Source: Bacteroidia bacterium (GTDB lineage Bacteria > Bacteroidota > Bacteroidia > Bacteroidales > Marinilabiliaceae). From it: a DNA stretch of 64,000 nucleotides. Shown in pieces: positions 49,281 through 58,064 of this stretch (positions are counted from its first letter, which is position 1; each line of letters starts with the position of its first letter). Location of the stretch: positions 16,426 to 80,425 of the forward strand of contig JAUNDI010000006.1 in NCBI GenBank assembly GCA_030526155.1, in the 5' to 3' direction. The translations under genes and the position numbers were made by a program. The notes below the pieces were generated by a model. The model ran no database searches. It was given only the letters and a program-made list of their open reading frames with translations, and was not told the origin of the DNA.

Positions 49281-49750
49281 TAATATTCTATTTTATCTTC
49301 TTTATCACGCCAACGATTAAAAGTAACGATAGCCTCCTCGCCGAGGAGGTGTGTTTCTGGGATTGTACGATTACCTATACCCTTATCGATCTCCTTATAT
49401 ATGAAGCTGTCATCGAAATCTATATCAGCCGCCTCCTTTTGGGTATTACCATAATATATATGTTTGATACGTGCCCAGTATATTGCGCCGAGGCACATAG
49501 GGCAAGGCTCGCAAGAGGTATATATCTCGCAGCCGTGGAGGTCGAACGTATTAAGGTTACGGCAAGCGTCGCGAATAGCGGAGACCTCGGCATGAGCTGT
49601 AGGGTCGTTATTAGCCGTCACTCGATTAACGCCACGCCCCACGACGACGCCATCCTTTACGATGATAGCGCCGAATGGTCCGCCCCCATTATCCACATTA
49701 TCTGTAGCGAGAGATATAGCCTCGCGCATATATTGTTTAGTCTGTTCCAT
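49280..49750 (-). CDS. CDA-fold nucleoside deaminase (guanine deaminase-like)
   Basis: 156 aa with HAEVSAI and PCPMC zinc motifs. Its stop overlaps the hflX start by 1 nt. Confidence 0.8.
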   Translation of the reverse strand: MEQTKQYMREAISLATDNVDNGGGPFGAIIVKDGVVVGRGVNRVTANNDPTAHAEVSAIRDACRNLNTFDLHGCEIYTSCEPCPMCLGAIYWARIKHIYYGNTQKEAADIDFDDSFIYKEIDKGIGNRTIPETHLLGEEAIVTFNRWRDKEDKIEY

Positions 49751-49833
49751 ATTTGAATTACACTATTAAGCGGTTGCAAGTTATCAACTATCCTTGAAAA
49801 AACAATAGGACTACAACCCTATATACAGTTTTT

Positions 49834-49874
49834 GCCATCGTAGAGCCGTCTGATAGACGAGCATCTGCGATGGC
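49834..49874. other. Long imperfect hairpin between rpmF and the deaminase gene
   Basis: GCCATCGTAG pairs with CTGCGATGGC (one T-G pair), with an inner CGTCT gat AGACG stem. TTTTT lies 5' and AAAA lies 3' on the + strand. Confidence 0.4.
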
Positions 49875-49937
49875 AAAACCGTTGCACGAAGAAGTAAACT
49901 TCATATTCGGCAACACCAAGGAGTGTAGTAAAAAAGA

Positions 49938-50120
49938 TTACTCAGCGTCCTTCTCGATAGCCAACTTTCCGCGGTAGTAACCACACTCACCACATACAGT
50001 GTGCAACTTGATTGTTGCGCCACAGTTCTGGCAAACACCGAGAGTAGGTGCTACTGCCTTGTAGTGTGTACGACGCTTTGCGGTACGTGTCTTCGAATGG
50101 TTTCGTTTAGGATGTGCCAT
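49938..50120 (-). CDS. rpmF: 50S ribosomal protein L32
   Basis: 60 aa beginning MAHPKR..SK.R...RR.H, with a Cys-containing Zn-ribbon C..CG...H.VC..CG. Confidence 0.95.
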   Translation of the reverse strand: MAHPKRNHSKTRTAKRRTHYKAVAPTLGVCQNCGATIKLHTVCGECGYYRGKLAIEKDAE

Positions 50121-50188
50121 TTCGCAATTAAACTTAAATTGTTATTAATCTATTTATATAAATACTCTTGCGAGTAAATTATATCTTA

Positions 50189-50734
50189 TTAATTCTTGTC
50201 CATAAGATCCTTGAGGGCGGCCCAACGAGGATCGATAGACTCTTCATCTTTGGCATTATTGGTATCCACCATATACTCGTTTACTTTAGCGAGCATCTCA
50301 GGGTTACACGTTGAGTTGCCATCTTCGTCGAGAGGGTGCTCCATACGGATAGGGAGCGAGACAGCGACGAACTCGTATATCCACTGAGCCACATTTATGA
50401 TATCCTCTGCTTCGTCGAGAAGGTAGAGCTCCTCGGAGAGTTCCTCGGAATGGTCGCCGAATTTAACGACCATATCACCTTCGACATCCTCGATAGGATA
50501 GTTAAACTCATCGAGGCATACGTCGCAGACGGCTCGGATAGTGCCATTGATGTCGAAATGCAATTGAAGCATCTGTTCGGTCTTATGGATATGGAGGTCA
50601 GCAACGAGGTCGCCCCCCAATATAAGGCTATCCTCCATAGCATCGAAAAACTCCTGATTCACAACGAATTGAAGTTTATGATCGCCATTTGAGAGGCTCT
50701 TATATGCTATATCATAAGTACTTAATGCGCTCAT
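50189..50734 (-). CDS. DUF177 (YceD-like) protein
   Basis: It sits in the conserved position upstream of rpmF and is an acidic protein with C..C and EDGNSTCNPE motifs. I chose the ATG at 50734, 22 nt downstream of a -7 box. Confidence 0.8.
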   Translation of the reverse strand: MSALSTYDIAYKSLSNGDHKLQFVVNQEFFDAMEDSLILGGDLVADLHIHKTEQMLQLHFDINGTIRAVCDVCLDEFNYPIEDVEGDMVVKFGDHSEELSEELYLLDEAEDIINVAQWIYEFVAVSLPIRMEHPLDEDGNSTCNPEMLAKVNEYMVDTNNAKDEESIDPRWAALKDLMDKN

Positions 50735-50755
50735 TAATTGCACTTTTTCGGGTTG

Positions 50756-50763
50756 CAAAGGTA
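50756..50763 (-). promoter_or_regulatory. -7 promoter box TACCTTTG for DUF177-rpmF
   Basis: Exact TAnnTTTG on the minus strand. Confidence 0.6.
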
Positions 50764-50881
50764 AGATTTTTTTGAATAGGATATAACGTTTGGAGTTAAA
50801 AAAGTGCAAAAAGTGGCAGAGAAATGGTATATCACTCGGATTTAACGGATTCAACAGATTTGGTTTTTGAGGGGGCTTTGG

Positions 50882-51030
50882 GTAGTTGATCTAGTGGAGC
50901 TAGTGATTCTAGAGAAACTAGAGAGGCCTAGATGAGGGGGTGGGTGTATAGTGGGTGGTGCCTTGTTCATCGTAGATTTTTTATTGTGAGGACTAAGGGA
51001 GGTCCCTTTTTGCTCGCAGTTTTTTATTTT
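50882..51030 (+). repeat. Full unit of the CTAG-array/box-A/box-B repeat family, forward orientation
   Basis: (G/C)TAG sites lie at 50882, 50891, 50900, 50909, 50918 and 50928. Box A is at 50957-50982 and box B at 51004-51025. Confidence 0.8.
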
Positions 51031-51118
51031 TGATGCATTGGGGAAGTGAAGGAGATTATGCATAGGATATGTATAAAAGTCTTATTTTTGTGCATTAGTA
51101 TTTGAGGAATTAATAGTC

Positions 51119-52648
51119 ATGAAGAGAGCATTATTTTGCATTGTATTCTTATTGGTTTGTTGTTGTGTTTTTGCGCAGACTACCTATTTTGATAGTACCC
51201 CTATAGTCTATGGGAAAGAGTCGACTCGACTATATTCATTGGAGATTTTTGAGGATCACGTGATTGCGACGATAGAGATTGAGGCGATAAAAGATAATAA
51301 ACGCATTGATTATTGGACTACACCCAATACATATGTAGTAGTGGGGGGAGTAAACTTTTGCAAGGTAAGAGGATACTATATAAACGGTAGAATAGAGCAA
51401 TGCGGGCATGACCACCAATGGGGATGGTCGGATGTTAAGAAGGGAGAGAAGAGATATTACAAGCTATACTTCAAGGGGACTATACCTTCGGGAGTTACGA
51501 CTATATCTATAGTTGACCGTGGCATAAAAAAGTGGAGTGAGTACGGCGAGTCGTTAATCCATAGTTATTGTTTTAACAACTACACCATCAACAACCCTAG
51601 GAAGAACTTTTCTGAGATTAATTCAGAGTATCTTGCGAAGAGGAATATTGACACAAACAACGACGGTATCTGTGGAATTTATGAGCAGATTGGTGGGGAG
51701 CAGAACTATAAACTAGCATGTGTAAAAGAGAGCGGGGAGTATAAGTTGATATATTTATCATGCACTACAGGTCGTTCGTGGTGGCAAGCCGGAGACATTA
51801 AAGCAAATCTGAAGAGAAGTGCATCGGGGATATTTAAGGCAGATTGGGCAATGTCTGACAAGAGTATAAACCGTGATACATATATAATATTTGATGATTA
51901 TTCAATGACGGTAGCCCACATGACAGGCACAGACACCGGTGAGACAAAATATCTAAAGATGTATCCGACGACGCCATCAGGCGCCACTACTAGCGGTAGC
52001 AGTATTGAAAAAAATACACAAGAGTGGACGGGAACAGGATTTGCGCTTACCGATGGTTATATAGTTACCAATAACCATGTAATAAATGGGGCGAAAGAGA
52101 TAACGGTACTAGGTGTAAATGGAGATTTCAATATAGAGTATAGGGCATATGTGGTAGCAGTCGACAAGAATAATGACTTAGCGCTTATAAAGATTAACGA
52201 CAATAGGTTTACAGGCTTTTCGACTATACCATATTCAGTAAGCAATAGGATATGTGAGGTTGGAGAGGATGTATTTGTGTTGGGGTACCCATTAACAAAC
52301 TATATGGGCGACGAGGTGAAGTTGACCAACGGCATAATCAGTTCGAGAAGTGGCTATCAAGGAGACATTTCGACATACCAGATATCAGCACCTGTGCAGC
52401 CAGGGAATAGTGGCGGTCCGATGTTTGACAGCAATGGCAATGTGGTAGGCATAGTAAATGCGGGGATACCTAGTGCTGACAATGTGGGATATGCTATAAA
52501 GACATCATATTTGTATAGTTTGGTAGGGAGTGCATTATCGACATCAATTATTCCACAAGGGAATAGAGTGCATGGAGGTAGTTTGGCAGATATGGTGAAG
52601 AGGGTGAAGTTGGGAGTGTTTTACATTAGATGCAAGGGGGATTTATAA
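51119..52648 (+). CDS. Secreted trypsin-like (S1C/HtrA-type fold) serine protease with unrecognised N-terminal domains
   Basis: It has a signal peptide. The C-terminal ~200 aa carry the catalytic triad context TNNHV, NDLALIK and GNSGGP. The middle region looks lipocalin-like. Confidence 0.8.
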   Translation: MKRALFCIVFLLVCCCVFAQTTYFDSTPIVYGKESTRLYSLEIFEDHVIATIEIEAIKDNKRIDYWTTPNTYVVVGGVNFCKVRGYYINGRIEQCGHDHQWGWSDVKKGEKRYYKLYFKGTIPSGVTTISIVDRGIKKWSEYGESLIHSYCFNNYTINNPRKNFSEINSEYLAKRNIDTNNDGICGIYEQIGGEQNYKLACVKESGEYKLIYLSCTTGRSWWQAGDIKANLKRSASGIFKADWAMSDKSINRDTYIIFDDYSMTVAHMTGTDTGETKYLKMYPTTPSGATTSGSSIEKNTQEWTGTGFALTDGYIVTNNHVINGAKEITVLGVNGDFNIEYRAYVVAVDKNNDLALIKINDNRFTGFSTIPYSVSNRICEVGEDVFVLGYPLTNYMGDEVKLTNGIISSRSGYQGDISTYQISAPVQPGNSGGPMFDSNGNVVGIVNAGIPSADNVGYAIKTSYLYSLVGSALSTSIIPQGNRVHGGSLADMVKRVKLGVFYIRCKGDL

Positions 52649-52755
52649 TAAAGAGAGGAGAACGGACAATGTTTGTTATTTGTAATTATTAATCACTCTC
52701 AGACAATTGGCATAGATTTTGTATTGTGATTAGCAAACAATAAAACATTACTGAG

Positions 52756-53244
52756 ATGAAAACCTTAAGATATATAATATTTGGCATTGCGGTAATGATG
52801 ATGTCATTAGCAATGCAGTCTTGTGAGGAGTGGGATGATGCTTGTGGATACCATTTCGATGGGGAGAGGCATTTGGTAGGAGAGTGGATAATGACTCGTC
52901 AGCACTATTACTTTTACGAGCATGGTAGATTAGTTGATGAGAAGATATATAAATATCCAAGATGGAACCCTAGTAATGATAGGAATCAGATGAAATTGAT
53001 TATTGAGAGAGATTATCCTGATTACTACTTTACGGCTTATCATGCTGGTGGGTATAAGTGGACATTTGACTCGGAGTATGGTGTGTATGTAGATAGGGAT
53101 AGAGATATGTATCGTATTGTAACATCGCCTACACATACTTCTGAAGAGTATATAGGACATATAGAGAGGCTGAGATATGATGAGATGGAACTTGTATATG
53201 AAGGCGGAGATTATGAGGTTGTAACGCTTTATGAGAAGAGATAA
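52756..53244 (+). CDS. Small lipocalin-like lipoprotein, function unknown
   Basis: Lipobox LAMQSC followed by the L.GEW motif typical of lipocalin-like domains. 162 aa. Confidence 0.6.
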   Translation: MKTLRYIIFGIAVMMMSLAMQSCEEWDDACGYHFDGERHLVGEWIMTRQHYYFYEHGRLVDEKIYKYPRWNPSNDRNQMKLIIERDYPDYYFTAYHAGGYKWTFDSEYGVYVDRDRDMYRIVTSPTHTSEEYIGHIERLRYDEMELVYEGGDYEVVTLYEKR

Positions 53245-53274
53245 TAGACGATTGGTAAGAATAGCATATTAATA

Positions 53275-53315
53275 ACAAATGGAGACACTGTGAAGGCGCC
53301 TCCATTTGTTTTTTG
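53275..53315 (+). terminator. Intrinsic terminator after the 52756-53244 gene
   Basis: ACAAATGGAG pairs with CTCCATTTGT as a perfect 10-bp stem, followed by TTTTTG. Confidence 0.7.
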
Positions 53316-53328
53316 TTGTATTACTCTA

Positions 53329-54573
53329 TTAGTAAAATTTCTTCTTGCCTTTTATTTTAGAGCGGCGAGCCTCCTCTTCGAAGATGAGCGACTGCCAGTC
53401 GTCATGATCATTATTAGCCATAGAGAAATCGATAGTAGCCTCACGCTCCTCTAGGTCTAACACCATGCGGTTTATAGGTCCGCCTATGAACTCCTCAACA
53501 GCTTTAAGAGTCTCCTTTTCTTCAGGGGCGCATAAGGTGAGAGCGTTACCCTTATCCATGCCGCGACCGGTACGACCTACGCGGTGCACATAATTTTCTG
53601 GGATATCAGGCACGTCGTAGTTCACCACATAAGGCACAGAAGGAATGTCGATTCCGCGCGCAGTAATATCCGTTGCGACGAGTATCTGAACTTCCCCCTT
53701 ACGAAACTGATCTAAGGCGTTATTTCGGTCTCTTTGACCCAAATCTCCGTGCATAGAGACGGCCTTTACATCCACACGTTTCATTGCTTGGCATACGCGC
53801 TCGGCTCTGACCTTAGTACGCACGAAAACTATGATACGATCATCAGGGTGCTCCTTCGCTATACGTTCCAGATAGAAACGCTTCTCATCCATAGTAACCC
53901 AAAGGACGCAGTGAGCGACATTTCGCGATACCATATCCTTAGGAGAGATTCGGATATTGACAGGCTTATTAACCACAGAATAAGCTAGCTTCTTTATCTT
54001 CTCATTAATAGTAGCAGAGAAGAAGAGAGTTTGGCGATGGCGAGGAAGTCGGCGTACAAGCTGACGAATATCCTCGATAAAGCCAAGGTCGAGCATATGG
54101 TCGGCCTCATCGAGAATAAGTATTTCGCACAAAGAGACATCGAGATACCCCTGACTAGCGAGGTCGAACATACGACCAGGGGTAGCCACTAGGATATCCA
54201 CGCCACGTTGTAATTGTTCGATTTGAGGCGCTTGATCTACGCCGCCATAAATAGCTAGTACATTCAGACCTGTATTTACAACAAGCTTCTCCAATACGGC
54301 ACCAGACTGTTGAGCAAGCTCGTGAGTAGGCTCCATAATTATACAACGTACGCCCTTATAATGGAGGCGACGTTGAGAGCGCAAAAGGTTCTCTACAGCA
54401 GGTATAGCGAAAGCAGCAGTCTTTCCCGTACCAGTTTGGGCGATAGCCAACACATCGTCGCCCCCCAATATAGGACGCATAGACTTATATTGGATATCCG
54501 TAGGCTTACGGAAACCCATTGCCTCAATATTAGAGAGAAGTTGCTCTTTTAGTCCGAATGCTGAGAATTTCAT
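53329..54573 (-). CDS. DEAD-box ATP-dependent RNA helicase
   Basis: Motifs AQTGTGKT, DEAD, SAT and HRVGRTGR are present, with a Q-motif region at the N-terminus. Confidence 0.93.
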   Translation of the reverse strand: MKFSAFGLKEQLLSNIEAMGFRKPTDIQYKSMRPILGGDDVLAIAQTGTGKTAAFAIPAVENLLRSQRRLHYKGVRCIIMEPTHELAQQSGAVLEKLVVNTGLNVLAIYGGVDQAPQIEQLQRGVDILVATPGRMFDLASQGYLDVSLCEILILDEADHMLDLGFIEDIRQLVRRLPRHRQTLFFSATINEKIKKLAYSVVNKPVNIRISPKDMVSRNVAHCVLWVTMDEKRFYLERIAKEHPDDRIIVFVRTKVRAERVCQAMKRVDVKAVSMHGDLGQRDRNNALDQFRKGEVQILVATDITARGIDIPSVPYVVNYDVPDIPENYVHRVGRTGRGMDKGNALTLCAPEEKETLKAVEEFIGGPINRMVLDLEEREATIDFSMANNDHDDWQSLIFEEEARRSKIKGKKKFY

Positions 54574-55553
54574 AGCTTCTGAATATCTTGGCGAATACGA
54601 TTCCAGCGTTGAGTATCCATCTTAGTACCCATCACCTCGATGACATTACCAGAGAGTATAGCACCAGCCTCGGCGCATTGTTTAGGAGAAAGGCCATTGA
54701 TGAGAGCATATAGGAAACCTGCAGCGTAGAGGTCGCCCGCGCCAGTAGTATCAATACTATTAGCCTTTATGATACCTACGCGCTCAATTTTGTCATGAAT
54801 TTTCACCACGCTACCACGACGACCAAGCTTAACTACAGCTATATCGACATATTCGCCAATTTCGTTAAGAGCCTCAACATCCTCCTTACCAGAGAAAGCG
54901 GTAGCCTCCTCCTCGTTAGCGAATACGACATCAACATAATGTAGCATGAGGCGCTTGAGGAACTCGACATTATCCTCTACCACATTATAGCTAGCGAGGT
55001 CGAGACATACGCATAAGCCGCGCTCGTGAGCGAGTTTCATAGCCTTCTCGATAAGCTCAGCATTCTGTACCATATAACCCTCTACATAGAAGTGGGTATA
55101 GTTGTCAAAGAGGCGTACATCAATCTCATCAGCCGAGAGTTCGATTGCTGCACCAAGGTATGTAGCCATGGTACGTTCAGAATCTGGGCTAATAAGAGAG
55201 ATACAGTTACCTGTTGTAGTAACATCAGAAGTGAGCAAGTGAGGCTCTACACCGGATAGCTGAAGATCTGCCAAGAAAGATTTACCGAGGTCATCGTCGT
55301 GACCAATCTTACCGATCATACCTGTAGGTATGCCGAGATTTGCAAGTCCGTATATAGTATTAGCAGCAGAGCCACCGGATACGATAGAAGGATTTAGATT
55401 TTGAATTTGGGTGTATATTTGACTAGAAGCGCCGGCTTCGACGAGTTGCATAGAACCGCGAGGCATTTCTAATCTCTCCAATAACTCATCTGAAGGGATG
55501 CGTACTAGTATGTCTACCAGCGCATTACCAAGGCCTAATACTTTTGCTTGCAT
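54570..55553 (-). CDS. PfkB-family kinase (adenosine kinase-like)
   Basis: Motifs GLGNALVD and DTTGAGD are present. I chose the ATG at 55553, 34 nt downstream of a -7 box. Its stop overlaps the helicase start (ATGA). Confidence 0.85.
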   Translation of the reverse strand: MQAKVLGLGNALVDILVRIPSDELLERLEMPRGSMQLVEAGASSQIYTQIQNLNPSIVSGGSAANTIYGLANLGIPTGMIGKIGHDDDLGKSFLADLQLSGVEPHLLTSDVTTTGNCISLISPDSERTMATYLGAAIELSADEIDVRLFDNYTHFYVEGYMVQNAELIEKAMKLAHERGLCVCLDLASYNVVEDNVEFLKRLMLHYVDVVFANEEEATAFSGKEDVEALNEIGEYVDIAVVKLGRRGSVVKIHDKIERVGIIKANSIDTTGAGDLYAAGFLYALINGLSPKQCAEAGAILSGNVIEVMGTKMDTQRWNRIRQDIQKL

Positions 55554-55586
55554 ATGGGTAGAAAATTTTTCTTGAATATTTTTTGG

Positions 55587-55594
55587 CAAAGGTA
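55587..55594 (-). promoter_or_regulatory. -7 promoter box TACCTTTG for the PfkB kinase / helicase pair
   Basis: Exact TAnnTTTG on the minus strand. Confidence 0.6.
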
Positions 55595-55680
55595 TTGTAT
55601 TTTCGCGAAATAGCACTAACTTTGCAACGCAATCGAGAGATAAAGCGACAGTTTTAAGTTTCGTTTGCAAATAAGGTCAT

Positions 55681-55754
55681 TCTCTAATAGCTCAGTTGGT
55701 TAGAGCACCTGACTGTTAATCAGGGGGTCGTAGGTTCAAGTCCTACTTGGAGAG
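55681..55754 (+). tRNA. tRNA-Asn (anticodon GTT)
   Basis: The hand-folded cloverleaf has acceptor TCTCTAA/TTGGAGA, D-arm AGCTCAGTTGGTTAGAGC, anticodon loop CTGTTAA, and T-arm GTAGG TTCAAGT CCTAC. Confidence 0.9.
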
Positions 55755-55768
55755 CGGTGTTTTAGTTT

Positions 55769-55807
55769 AGCGTGATAGACATTTGTCTGTCGCGCTATTT
55801 TTGTTTT
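55769..55807 (+). terminator. Intrinsic terminator after tRNA-Asn
   Basis: AGCGTGATAGAC attt GTCTGTCGCGCT forms a 12-bp stem with 2 G-U pairs, followed by ATTTTTGTTTT. Confidence 0.65.
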
Positions 55808-55880
55808 GTATGAGATGTATAGACTTGTACTCTCATATTAGATTGTTTAGGTATAACGTGTTGTTATACGATTTCTACTT

Positions 55881-56045
55881 CTTCATCGCAAATTTTGTGG
55901 TTATTCTAGTTGTCCTAGTGGGGCTAGACGTCCTAGATTAGGGTAGAGAGAGGAATGGGTGCTTACTGTGTGGTGCCTTGTTGCTCGCAGTTTTTTTATT
56001 GTGAGAACTAAGGGAGGTCCCTCTTTGCTCGCAGTTTTTTATATT
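55881..56045 (+). repeat. Repeat family copy: partial box A, then a full CTAG-array/box-A/box-B unit
   Basis: Partial box A is at 55881-55896. CTAG sites lie at 55906, 55915, 55924 and 55933, with GTAG at 55943. Box A is at 55972-55997 and box B at 56019-56040. Confidence 0.85.
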
Positions 56046-56209
56046 ATTTTGAGGTGTGGAGAGAGGGGAATGTAATGGAATATACGATATAGATAATTGA
56101 AAAATAGAAGGTGGCTGATATAATAGGAGTTTCTAGGAAATCTTTTTAGTATTTGCGTAACCTTATTAGTTTATCTCACGTTAAAGTAGGCAAAACAAAT
56201 GAAGATCCG

Positions 56210-56635
56210 ATGGCTAAGACGAGACAAGATGTTGCATGTGCGGTCATCATACGCAATGGTATGATTCTTGCGGCTCGTCGAGGCGAGGGCCTATCGAATA
56301 GTGGTGCGTGGGAGTTTCCGGGCGGCAAGCCAAAGGAGAATGAGAGTCCAAGAGATTGTGCCATTCGTCGAGTAAAGGAGGAGTTAGAGATTAACATTTG
56401 TATAAAAGAAGAGCTACCTGCTTATGAGGTGGTGAGTGATAGGAATAGTAATAAGACATTTGTCATTCATCCATTTTTAGCAGAGATAGAAGATGGCAAG
56501 GTAATGCTCCATGGGCACTCTTATGTGGCTTGGTTCATGCCGATACAGCTAATGGGATTAGCTTGGCCGCCATCGGACATGCCGATTATTGATAGTATTG
56601 TAGATAGGATACTACAGACCGGCAAGATTGCATAA
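56210..56635 (+). CDS. NUDIX hydrolase (MutT-like)
   Basis: Nudix box GGKPKENESPRDCAIRRVKEELEI. I chose the ATG at 56210. Confidence 0.85.
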   Translation: MAKTRQDVACAVIIRNGMILAARRGEGLSNSGAWEFPGGKPKENESPRDCAIRRVKEELEINICIKEELPAYEVVSDRNSNKTFVIHPFLAEIEDGKVMLHGHSYVAWFMPIQLMGLAWPPSDMPIIDSIVDRILQTGKIA

Positions 56636-56682
56636 GAACATATGACGTGTAATATATAGAGTTTTGAGTGGTTATGAGTAAA

Positions 56683-56716
56683 GGCTGGCCGTGATGGTCA
56701 GCCGACTCTTTTTTAT
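56683..56716 (+). terminator. Intrinsic terminator after the NUDIX gene
   Basis: GGCTGGCC gtgat GGTCAGCC (one G-U pair) is followed by GACTCTTTTTT. Confidence 0.6.
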
Positions 56717-56743
56717 ACCCTTGCCTATTTGTAGAAATCGCAG

Positions 56744-56751
56744 TATCTTTG
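56744..56751 (+). promoter_or_regulatory. -7 promoter box TATCTTTG for the sigma-54 activator gene
   Basis: Exact TAnnTTTG, 22 nt upstream of the ATG at 56773. Confidence 0.55.
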
Positions 56752-56772
56752 TCTCACATTGAAGTGTCTATT

Positions 56773-58050
56773 ATGGCTGATAAGATAGAGGATATTAAGA
56801 ATAAGTTAGGCATAGTTGGTAATGACCCTATGCTAGACCGAGCTATTGACACTGCTATACAGGTAGCTCCTATACAATTATCTGCGCTCATCATAGGAGA
56901 AAGTGGAAGTGGCAAAGAGTTTTTCCCACAGATTATACATCAATATAGTCAGCGCAAGCATAAGCCATATGTTGCGGTAAACTGTGGAGCCATACCAGAA
57001 GGTACGATGGACTCGGAGTTATTTGGGCATGAGAAAGGCTCATTTACTGGAGCGTTATCGGACCGCAAGGGATATTTTGAGGAGGCCAATACAGGCACTA
57101 TATTTCTTGATGAGATAGGAGAGATGCCATTGGCGACACAAGCGAAGTTGCTACGAGTTTTGGAGAAGGGAGAATATATGAAGGTAGGATCGTCTGTTGT
57201 CAAGAAGACGGACGTACGTATAGTAGCTGCGACGAATGTAAATTTGGAGGAGGCTATAAAGAGTGGTAAATTTAGGGAAGACCTTTTTTATCGTCTTAAC
57301 GGCATAATGATACGCATACCCCCATTACGCAATAGGGTAGGAGATATACCAGCATTATTCCATCGCTTTACATCGGACTTCTCAGAGAAGAATCAGATGC
57401 CAGCAGTTACCTTGACCGCTGATGCCAAGGAGCTATTAAAGAAATACGACTGGCCGGGAAACGTCAGACAGCTAAAGAACATAGCCGAACAGGTAACGGT
57501 ATTAGCGAAAGATAGGGTGGTAGATGCTGCGGCGCTCCGAGAGTTTTTACCAGAGAGTCATAAAGGAGTGTCATTGATATTGCCAAATAATGCCAACCAT
57601 GGTAGTCAGGAGACCTTTGAGAACGAGCGAGAGATACTATATAAAGTACTCTTTGACATGAGGCGAGAGATGGCTGACCTTAAGAAATTGGTACTAGATA
57701 TGGCAGAGCATCATGGGGATATGAGTGTAGAGAACCAACAGATATTAGACAGATATACTGTAGAGGATGGCTTAACGCTTACGACGCATAAACCTGCCCA
57801 TGAAGCCAATGGACATTCGATACACCATATACTCAATTCGGGCGAGCACATTAGAGACATACAAGATAGTGAAGTTGTAGCCAATGAAGAAGACGAAGCA
57901 AGTGAGTTGAACTTCTCCATACCAGACAATGAGAGAGAGCTTATACGTAAGGCATTAGAGAAACATAATGGCAAACGAAAACTTGCGGCACAAGAGCTTG
58001 GTATATCAGAGAGGACACTATATAGAAAGATAGAGGCATACGAATTGTAA
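56773..58050 (+). CDS. Sigma-54-dependent transcriptional activator without a receiver or sensor domain (AAA+ plus Fis-type HTH only)
   Basis: Walker A GESGSGKE, a GAFTGA-variant GSFTGA, the arginine-finger region, and a C-terminal HTH (LGISERTLYRKI). Only about 25 aa precede the AAA+ core. Confidence 0.88.
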   Translation: MADKIEDIKNKLGIVGNDPMLDRAIDTAIQVAPIQLSALIIGESGSGKEFFPQIIHQYSQRKHKPYVAVNCGAIPEGTMDSELFGHEKGSFTGALSDRKGYFEEANTGTIFLDEIGEMPLATQAKLLRVLEKGEYMKVGSSVVKKTDVRIVAATNVNLEEAIKSGKFREDLFYRLNGIMIRIPPLRNRVGDIPALFHRFTSDFSEKNQMPAVTLTADAKELLKKYDWPGNVRQLKNIAEQVTVLAKDRVVDAAALREFLPESHKGVSLILPNNANHGSQETFENEREILYKVLFDMRREMADLKKLVLDMAEHHGDMSVENQQILDRYTVEDGLTLTTHKPAHEANGHSIHHILNSGEHIRDIQDSEVVANEEDEASELNFSIPDNERELIRKALEKHNGKRKLAAQELGISERTLYRKIEAYEL

Positions 58051-58064
58051 TATTTAAAGAAACA

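Noticed and set aside
51119-53244. The protease plus small-protein cassette as a possible anti-phage defence or toxin-antitoxin system.
   Set aside because: Both proteins carry export signals (a signal peptide and a lipobox), so both act outside the cytoplasm. There is no nuclease, NTPase, sensor or antitoxin-like partner. It remains a low-key accessory candidate only.
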